DNA of 64,000 nt from Eledone cirrhosa. Lineage: Eukaryota. The stretch is from positions 26,040,001 through 26,104,000 of the forward strand of contig OZ024742.1 of assembly GCA_964016885.1 (NCBI GenBank), read 5' to 3'. Numbering within the stretch: the first letter of the stretch is position 1; each line of letters starts with the position of its first letter. The notes beneath the pieces are model-generated. The model did no database searches, had not been told where the DNA came from, and saw only the letters and a list, made by a program, of their open reading frames with translations. This document shows, one piece after another, positions 54,579-64,000 of the stretch. The position numbers and the translations under genes are program-made.

Positions 54579-55096
54579 AATCGACTATAATTTAATGTTA
54601 ATAAATGCTGGGATTTATTGCTTGGATCTTTGAGCATATTCCACAGGTGATATGGCGCACGATTCTGATACTTTCAGACATGACATCTTTAATCTATTTT
54701 TGGTAGTATCTACAGTTCGTAAATATTATGCAAGTCGAGATGTTTCTGTTGAAATGACTCGGTTGCTATTTCTAGCTGTCGATAACCCTATTCCTGCCAC
54801 TGGCTTAACGACGATGTGATGTGTACGTCGTTATTCCATGCTTTGCTTTTAGTGTGTAATCATAGATAGTTAAATCTTCTCCTTTGCCGAAGATCCAATA
54901 TTTGACATATATATATCAACTTCTAATTTAATGTTTATATCTATATACAAATTTAAATTTAGAAGACCAATTTGCTAAGATAAGATCCTTTTGTTATCTT
55001 GACAATTTAACATTCTCTATACGCATTGTGTTGCTTTTCAAAATTTAAATTTGTTTTTCCTATTAAAAAATGCTTCAAACAAGCTACAACACCCTG

Positions 55097-55162
<66 letters not shown>

Positions 55163-55341
55163 CAATAACAGAGATAGTTTAAAGCTAAACTCTGACTGGT
55201 AACCATCTCACTCAACAAACATTAGGTTATATTAAAACATAAACCCAATTTAAGTATTTGGGGTGCTAACAATATGTATAATGTGGAAAAACCAGTTGTA
55301 TTATTTTATGAGATATAATTAAAGTTAAAGTATGTCTCTCT

Positions 55342-55467
55342 TTCCAAACAATTGTTTCATTATAAGTTTTCTACAAGTTTGGGACAATGTTTCCAGTTTA
55401 TGTAGAAGCCTAATATATATTCATGTAAGAATATATTTAGGTGGGCACTTATAAATCATCAGTGGAA
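55342..55467 (-). ncRNA. Type I HHR motif in a TA-flanked element (~55160-56095)
   Basis: TTCCA-CTGATGA-T-TTATAAGT[~79 nt, two hairpins]ACTTATAA-T-GAAAC-AATT-GTT-TGGAA. Confidence 0.75.
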
Positions 55468-55644
55468 GCCCATTAAACATTGATATAAGAAAACAATTTC
55501 TTACCGCTGTCAAAAATCATGTCCGTAAAGTAGCTCTCTCTCGCCTCGAATGACCGCCAAATTTGAAATTCCAGGAGTTTTTGACTGAGGAAGTATCATA
55601 GCGACACGAAGCGGGAAGGGGAGACAACTCACGAAATGAGGAAA

Positions 55645-56035
55645 AAATAATATACACGCGGGTTAATTAGTTTTTTTGAAAACATTATCAATCCAACGTG
55701 TTTAAGAACTCAATTGAAAATAAAAAATAAATATATGCTTGTATAAATTACACACGTATATAGATATTTTCTTAGGCTCAATCAGAAGTTGTACCTTCTC
55801 ATAACCGCAGTAAATGCAGAAAGTTATGCTATAAAGGGCAAATGGGAATATAATTCTCCGGCCGAATTATTAAGAGTAAAATATAAAACACACGCGGGTT
55901 AATTAGTTATTTCAAAACCAATATTAATTCCTCGTGTAAAGAACTCAATTAATAAAAGAAAATAAATACATATATGCATGTAATTATATACGTAGGCATA
56001 TATATATATTTTCCTAGGCTAAAAAACAGAGAAGT
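55645..56035. repeat. Diverged ~150-bp direct repeat (55645-55790; 55880-56035)
   Basis: Shared acacgcgggttaattagtt...aagaactcaatt...attttcYtaggct. Confidence 0.8.
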
Positions 56036-56096
56036 TACAACCCCAAAAAAGCCACAATATTTCACAACATAATAAATACGGAAAGTCAAATTCATG

Positions 56097-56193
<97 letters not shown>

Positions 56194-56401
56194 GGGTATT
56201 ACTTATCGGACACCACAAAGCCATATTTTCTTCTGGCCACTCAAGATACAGGTACATACTGACATTTTATAATCTTTCTGAGTTAGCATCATAGTTGCGT
56301 CAACTATAGCATTTATTCCACACAGACGGCACTGCACAATTTGACGTGGTTGGTATTCTAAGCTTAATCGTCCACTGTACTCAACAGTGTTGTTGTCTCA
56401 C

Positions 56402-56506
56402 TCTTTAGATCACTGCATGAGAGGTAATCTTTGGATCACTGCATATGAGGTAATCTTTGGATTACTACATAAGAGATAATCTTTGAATCGCTGCATAATA
56501 GATAAT
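56402..56506. repeat. ~26-bp tandem repeat x4
   Basis: ctttggatcactgcatatgaggtaat variants. Confidence 0.8.
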
Positions 56507-56705
56507 CCCAAAAACTTTCAGTCATATATTCAGGCTTTTGCCGTTGAAATTATGTATGGAATGTCTTTCCATCAACTGCTAATTGCTTCGTCGCAGACAT
56601 TCGTCTGTTAAACTCTACTTTCCTCCCCATATTTACCTTTTCGAAAACTATTACTGCTGAAGCATAATATAGATATCGTTCGTTACTATTTATCAAGTTA
56701 TATCA

Positions 56706-58905
56706 GTCCACCTAGTGGTCTCACCACTGTACCCTATCACAGATACAGATTTAGTCCACTTAGTGGTCTCACCACTGTACCCTATCACAGATAGAGCTTT
56801 AGTCTACTTAGTGATCCCACCACTGTACCCTATCACAGATACAGCTTTAGTCCACTTGGTGGTTCCACCACTGTACCCTATCACAGATACAGCTTTAGTC
56901 CACTTAGTGGACTCACCACTGTAGCCTATCACAGATACAGCTTTAGTCCACTTAGTCGTCTCACCAATGTACCCTATCACAGATAGAGCTTTAGTCTACT
57001 TAGTGATCCCACCACTGTACCCTATCACAGATACAGCTTTAGTCCACTTGGTGATCCCACCACTGTACTCTATCACAGATACAGCTTTAGTCCACTTAGT
57101 GGTCACACCACTGTACCCTATCACAGATACAGCTTTATCCACTTAGTCGTCTCACCACTGCACCCTATCACAGATACAGCTTTAGTCCATTTAGTGGTTT
57201 CACCATTGTACCCTATCACAGATACAACTTTAGTCCACTTAGCGATCCCACCACTGTACCCTATCACAGATACAGCTTTAGTACACTTGGTGAACTCAGC
57301 ACTGTACCCTATCACAGATACGGCTTCAGTCCACTTAGTGGTCTCAACACTGTACCCTATCACAGATACAGCTTTAGTCCACTTAGTGATCCCACCACTG
57401 TACACTATCATAGATACAGCTTTAGTCCACTTAGTGGTCTCACCACTGTACCCTATCACAGATACAGCTTTAGTCCACTTAGTGGTCTCACCACTGTACC
57501 CTATCACAGATACAGCTTCAGTCCGCTTGGTGATACCACCACTATACCCTATCACAGATACAGCTTTAGTCCACTTAGTGATCCCACCACTGTACCCTAT
57601 CACAGATACAGCTTTAGTCCACTTAGTGGTCTCACCACTGTACCCTATCACAGATACAGCTTTAGTCCACTTGGTGATCCCACCACTGTACCCTATCACA
57701 GATACAGCTTTAGTCCACTTGGTGATCCCACCACTGTACCCTATCACAGATACAGCTTTTGTCCACTTAGTGATCCCACCACTGTACCTTATCACAGATA
57801 CAGCTTTAGTCCACTTAGTGATCCCACCACTGTACCCTATAACTGATACAGCTTTAGTCCACTTAGTGGTCTCACCACTGTACGTTATCACAGATACAGC
57901 TTCAGTCCACTTGGTGATCCCACCACTGTACCCTATCACAGATACAGCTTTAGTCCACTTAGTGATCCACCACTGTACCCTATCACAGATACAGCTTTAG
58001 TCCACTTAGTGGTCTCACCACTGTACCCTATCATAGATACAGCCTTTGTCCACTTAGTGGTCTCACCACTGTACTCTATCACAGATACAGCTTTAGTCCA
58101 CTTAGTGATCCCACCACTGTACCCTATCACAGATACAACTTTAGTGCACTTAGTGGTCTCACCACTGTACCCTATCACAGATACAGCTTTAGTCCACTTA
58201 GTGGTCTCACCACTGTACCCTATCACAGATACAGCTTTAGTACACTTGGTGAACTCAGCACTGTACCCTATCACAGATACAGCTTTAGTCCACTTAGTGA
58301 TTCCAACACTGTACCCTATCATAGATACAGCTTTAGTCCACTTGGTGGTCTCACCACTGTACCCTATCACAGATACAACTTTAGTCCACTTAGTGATCCC
58401 AACACTGTACCCTATCATAGATACAGCTTTAGTCCACTTGGTGGTCTCACCACTGTACCCTATCACAGATACAGCTTTAGTTCACTTAGTGATCCCACCA
58501 CTATACCCTATCACAGATACAGCTTTAGTCCACTTAGTGGTCTCACCACTGTACCCTATCATAGATACAGCTTTAGTCCACTTAGTCGTCTCACCACTGT
58601 ACCCTATCACAGATACAGCTTTAGTCCACTTAGTGATCCCACCACTGTACCCTATCAGAGATACAGCTTTAGTCCACTTAGTGGTCTCACCACTGTACCC
58701 TATCACAGATACAGCTTTAGTCCACTTAGTGATCCCACCACTGTACCCTATCACAGATACAGCTTTAGTCCACTTAGTGATCCCACCACTGTACCCTATC
58801 ATAGATACAGCTTTAGTCCACTTAGCGGTCTCACCACTGTACCCTATCACATACAGCTTTAGTCCACTTAGTGGTCTCACCACTCTACCCTATCACAGAT
58901 ACAGC
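56706..58905. repeat. 48-bp minisatellite, ~46 copies
   Basis: AGTCCACTTAGTG(GTCT/ATCC)CACCACTGTACCCTATCACAGATACAGCTTT. Confidence 0.97.
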
Positions 58906-59559
58906 CCAGTTGTTTATAGAAAGAAGCAAGTTTCATTCACGGAATTTGAACCAAAGGAGACGTTATAGCCTGCAATGCTATGATTTGTTTACGGTATTTC
59001 ATTGTTCCAAGCGCCGTCTTCCCAATCCTGATTGTGGTTGGGGTTTCATATGAAATATTATTTTGGTATAGGTGTTAAATCTTCACACTTTACTCTCTTG
59101 TAAACTTGTATGTTAAGAGATTAAAGATAGCAACGTCAATAGGTTTAGCTGTTTCTCTGTTTGTCTATTTGTTTATGGGGAGCTGAGTGTTTCTGCCTAT
59201 GTCTCTAACTATATGTTTTTGAGTATATCTGTGTGTATGTGTATGACTATATGTATATGTATATGTGTATGTCCGTGTGTATCTATATATGACTGTATGT
59301 ATATGTATTTGAGTATATATCTGTGTATGTGTCTATATGTATTTGTGTCTGTGTATGTCTGTATGTTTATATATTAGTGTATGTCTCTCTGTATGAGTCT
59401 CTAAAGGTGTGTGTGTGTGTGTGTGTGTGTGTATTTGAGTATGACTCTTTGTATGTCTCCGTGTATCCGTCTATATTTATGTGTTGTGTATAAATCTATG
59501 TATGTATGTATGTGTCTGTGTATTTATGTATATGTCTCTGTGTATACGTGCTGTGTATG

Positions 59560-61066
59560 CCTCTGTATATATGTCTCTATGTATGTGTTGTGTATGTATA
59601 TGTATGTGTATGTATGTCTATATGCCTCTGTATTTATGTCTCTATGTATGTGCTGTGTATGTCTCTATGTATGTGATGTGTATGTCTCTATGTATGTGAT
59701 GTGTATGTCTCTATGTATGTGCTGTGTATGTCTCTATGTATCTGTATATATGTTTCTATGTATGTGCTGTGTATGTCTCTATGTATGTGCTGTGTATGTC
59801 TCTATGTATGTGCTGTGTATGTCTCTATGTATGTGATGTGTATGTCTCTATGTATGTGCTGTGTATGTCTCTATGTATCTGTATATATGTTTCTATGTAT
59901 GTGCTGTGTATGTCTCTATGTATGTGCTGTGTATGTCTCTATGTATGTGCTGTGTATGTCTCTATGTATGTGCTGTGTATGTCTCTATGTATGTGCTGTG
60001 TATGTCTCTATGTATGTGCTGTGTATGTCTCTATGTATGTGCTGTGTATGTCTCTATGTATGTGCTGTGTATGTCTCTATGTATGTGCTGTGTATGTCTC
60101 TATGTATGTGCTGTATATGTCTCTATGTATGTGCTGTGTATGTCTCTATGTATGTGCTGTGTATGTCTCTATGTATGTGCTGTGTATGTCTCTATGTATG
60201 TGCTGTGTATGTCTCTATGTATGTGCTGTGTATGTCTCTATGTATGTGCTGTGTATGTCTCTATGTATGTGCTGTGTATGTCTCTATGTATGTGCTGTGT
60301 ATGTCTCTATGTATGTGCTGTGTATGTCTCTATGTATGTGCTGTGTATGTCTCTATGTATGTGCTGTGTATGTCTCTATGTATGTGCTGTGTATGTCTCT
60401 ATGTATGTGCTGTGTATGTCTCTATGTATGTGCTGTGTATGTCTCTATGTATGTGCTGTGTATGTCTCTATGTATGTGCTGTGTATGTCTCTATGTATGT
60501 GCTGTGTATGTCTCTATGTATGTGCTGTATATGTCTCTATGTATGTGCTGTATATGTCTCTATGTATGTGATGTGTATGTCTCTATGTATGTGCTGTGTA
60601 TGTCTCTATGTATGTGCTGTATATGTCTCTATGTATGTGATGTGTATGTCTCTATGTATGTGCTGTGTATGTCTCTATGTATGTGCTGTGTATGTCTCTA
60701 TGTATGTGCTGTGTATGTCTCTATGTATGTGCTGTGTATGTCTCTATGTATCTGCTGTGTATGTCTCTATGTATCTGTATATATGTTTCTATGTATGTGC
60801 TGTGTATGTCTCTATGTATGTGCTGTGTATGTCTCTATGTATCTGATGTGTTTGTCTCTATGTATGTGCTGTGTATGTCTCTATGTATGTGCTGTGTATG
60901 TCTCTATGTATGTGCTGTGTATGTCTCTATGTATGTGATGTGTATGTCTCTATGTATGTGCTGTGTATGTCTCTATGTATGTGCTGTGTATGTCTGTGAT
61001 GTGTATGTCTCTATGTATGTGCTGTGTATGTCTCTATGTATGTGCTGTGTATGTCTCTATGTATGT
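59560..61066. repeat. 23-bp minisatellite, >60 copies, with a degenerate flank from ~59210
   Basis: TGTGCTGTGTATGTCTCTATGTA. Confidence 0.97.
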
Positions 61067-61327
61067 CTGTTTCTGTCTTTATAACAATGTACGACCTCCT
61101 AGAAAGAAATCATTTGGTCTTCATTTAAGTCTAACAGATATCTCCTATATTATACACTGTGTTGTTATTGTTGTTGTTGCTGATGCAGCTGTTAATATTG
61201 TAATTACTGCTGCTGTCATTGTTGCTGCTGTTGTTGTTTCAGTTGTTGTTGCTGATGTGTCATAATTATTGTTGTGATTACTGCTGCTGTTGTTGTTGCT
61301 GCTGTTGCTGTATTAATGTTGTTGCAC

Positions 61328-61512
61328 CTGAATTGGCAGTAGCGGTAGAGGGACGGACGCCATGCTTTGCAGCAAAGAGTTACTTCCCTTTACGGACTGA
61401 GTTTAAATCCTGCCGAGGTTAACTTTGCCTTTCATCCTTATGGGGTCGATAAAATAAAGTACCAGTAATATAGGAGATAATTGCTGGCCTTGTTCCAAAA
61501 AGTAGAAACAAC
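61328..61512 (+). mobile_element. tRNA-derived SINE inserted in a (GTT/GCT)n tract (61160-61850)
   Basis: ttggcagtagcggtagag...gagtttaaatcctgccgaggttaactttgcctttcatcc...ggggtcgataaaataaagtaccag. Confidence 0.85.
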
Positions 61513-62057
61513 TAATGTTGCTGCACCTGGTGCTGGTGTTATTGCTACTTTTGTTATTGTTGTTTCCCTTGTTACTACTGCTGATGTTGTTGTTGCTGTC
61601 GTTGCTGTTGTTGCTGTTGTTGTTGTTGCTGCTGATGTTATTGCTTTTGTTGTTGTTGTTGTTGTTGTTATTGTTGTTGTTGCTCTTGCTACTACTGCTG
61701 ATGTTGTTGCTCCTACTACAGCTGTTGTTGTGGCTGATGTTGTTGTTGCTGTTGTTGATGCGCTTATTTTTATTGATCTTGCTGTTGTTACTGTTATTCT
61801 GCTTGTTCGTTCTGTTGTTGTAGTTGATGTTGTTATCGTTGTTGTTGTTTAGAATAGCCGGAGGTTATTCGCACCGCCTATATTTATCAATTGTCCTCAG
61901 ACACACGCCGAACTATGAAATATCTTATTCGCTGTATTACTAATTGCATATATAAAAAATAATTCACAAGAACAGCACCATCTTTGATTAAAAGAAAGAA
62001 ACATTGGAGAATTTGCCTCTCAGATAAAATCAATAGCTCTAAAGAAATATCAAATAA

Positions 62058-62240
62058 TGGTTTCTTATATTGGCACTAGACCAGCAATTTTAAGGGAGGG
62101 AAAGTTGATTAAATCGACCCCAGTGCGTGATTGCTACTATGTTTTATCCATCAATTAAGGATGAAAGGCAAAGCTAATCCCGGCGGGATTTGAATGCAGA
62201 ACATAAAGGGAAATAACTCTATGCCATGAAGCATGGTTTT
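62058..62240 (-). mobile_element. tRNA-derived SINE
   Basis: atcgaccccagtgc...aaggatgaaaggcaaag...cggcgggatttgaa. Confidence 0.75.
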
Positions 62241-62439
62241 GTCATTCTAGGCCACTCGTATCAACGTTATATTAGTGGTGAACATTTTAGGCGCTTTGTA
62301 GGCAACATACTGTGATGTGAGTTATTGAATTGACAATAATGGCAAGGGGTGGGATATCAATATATGACGAAAAAGACATGCTTAGATGAGTATGCAAACA
62401 CTGGCTATCTTGACGTATTTCTCTCCTGGTGTGTGTGTT

Positions 62440-62497
<58 letters not shown>

Positions 62498-62502
62498 TAT
62501 TT

Positions 62503-64000
62503 AATTGATTTTTTGTGTGGTTGATTATGCTAATTGGGAGAGGAGATACTATATATATTTTATCAAATGATTCTATGGACGTACTTTCTTGTATATATAT
62601 ATATACAAATGAGGAAACCGTCATCGGATACAAACCCTCCGAAATCGGCGATAAACTTCAAAACCTTTGCGATATTATCCAAACTATGTTCACTACTACC
62701 AACCCAGGAAAAACCAAAGAAGAACCATGTGAGATTGATTCATACAAAATGAAAATTTGAACAATTCCAAAATGGAACAAATGCCTCAGAGACAGAAAGT
62801 TGTCATTCTGGAAGATAATACAAAATCACAACAAAGCGGAGATATATGAAAAATGGCTTAACTCATCCCCTCTAGCTCTCCCCCGTAAAATACAAATAAA
62901 GTCCATTCCAAATGAACCCGAATCTCAAAGACACCTTAGGGAAATAGCATTGGAAAAAATGAAGACAGAAATTGAACTTCTTAAATTGAGGGCCCAGACA
63001 AATGAAGAAAAAATCAAAACCATGAGATCCTCCTGGAAATCAACAATAAAACTGAAGGCCCCAAGGTAGAGAAGATCTTTAAATTATGGAAAGGGGACTG
63101 CAACAGAGAAGAACTGAAATGCCTTCAACGCTGGTAAAAAAGTGCCGCTTGGTTCCTACACTATGAATCGACTTTTCAACGGATTACACCTCTAATAACC
63201 CGTTCATAAAAATAGGAAAACACATAACCGAACCGGAAAACAACTTCGCAAACCCCCCAGCCACTAACAAAAGAAGAAGGAAGCACCACACTGAAGATGA
63301 ACTTCCCAACCTCGCTACCATAAGAAGGAACAAAACCCTAGAAATCATCTCCCCCAGAATGACATTTACAACTTTCCCCCTTAAAGGAGACACCATACCA
63401 AATCACTCAACTACTACGCGGATTCCTCATCGTCAAATATAGGGAAAATATACCACCACCATGATAGATGAACAACTTCCCCGCTTCAAGGGGACAGCAA
63501 GGTAATTTCCATTTTCTCAAATCTCGCTTCCACAATACACAACAAACCCACACCACACGATACAACCAACAACGTAGGCCACCTATAACACCACAATCCA
63601 ACATGGCACATAGAAACACACATCCATACTCGCAATACAGGAACACCCAATTCAATCTACAACCACGAACCCGAACCACATTTTACAACATCAAGGAATA
63701 TAACAAACACAGGAGACCACTTAATATCAGCAGACAACCCCTCTACCCCAACCATTTTTTAGACACAACACACAGATACAAGCAAACAAAATAACACAAG
63801 ACAGGGAGCAGAAACCGAGAGTAATACAAATTATCAATCTAACTAGTGCAGAACCAACACCCAACCTTATCAACTTACTCTCCAAAGGTCTTAAATTCAC
63901 ACCGACCCCACTACGTCCTAACTACTATGAAATGAAGGAAGACATCACAGACTTCTGTAGAAAGTTACGACTCAGTGAAGAACTATTCGACCAGTACAAT
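62503..64000 (+). mobile_element. 5' part of a Penelope-like element (family K), running off the window
   Basis: Family M tail at 62503-62592, short (TA)n, ~1.2 kb of disrupted upstream coding sequence, then the PLE N-terminal motif. Confidence 0.8.
63821..64000 (+). pseudogene. N-terminus of a PLE RT-EN ORF (partial)
   Basis: VIQIINLTSAEPTPNLINLLSKGLKFTPTPLRPNYYEMKEDITDFCRKLRLSEELF matches the INLS...LLSKGLxFxPTP...FxRKLRL motif of PLEs; open to the window edge. Confidence 0.85.

Noticed and set aside
56706-58905. CRISPR-like array or repeat protein
   Set aside because: Head-to-tail units without unique spacers, no cas genes, eukaryotic context, and frameshifts within the array.
59411-61084. 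Long Cys/Met/Tyr-rich ORFs
   Set aside because: Stop-free 23-bp minisatellite read in all three frames.

Overview
Eukaryotic, AT-rich, repeat-saturated DNA. I can support no intact host protein-coding gene; almost all ORF-track entries are translations of microsatellites or minisatellites. The tRNA-derived SINE and RTE 3' ends look cephalopod (Octopus-like); that assignment is my inference, not a search result. Recognisable mobile DNA includes remnants of several Penelope-like retroelements (PLEs; RT and/or GIY-YIG fragments at about 16.9-18.2, 31.3-31.6, 41.6-42.8 and 63.8-64.0 kb), RTE, CR1-type and CRE-type LINE fragments, a non-autonomous Helitron, hAT-like ends and many SINEs. The main signal is a population of roughly 20 short elements from about 12 sequence families embedded in (TA)n tracts. 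Many are asymmetric fold-back palindromes, and many carry type I hammerhead ribozyme (HHR) motifs, some with non-canonical cores or large branched stem II inserts. Across unrelated families the short arm stops at a TA a few nt upstream of a shared RCTC...GAGY motif. In two families the palindrome axis falls on what appears to be HHR stem II. All RNA folds were read by eye, and coordinates are accurate to a few bases.
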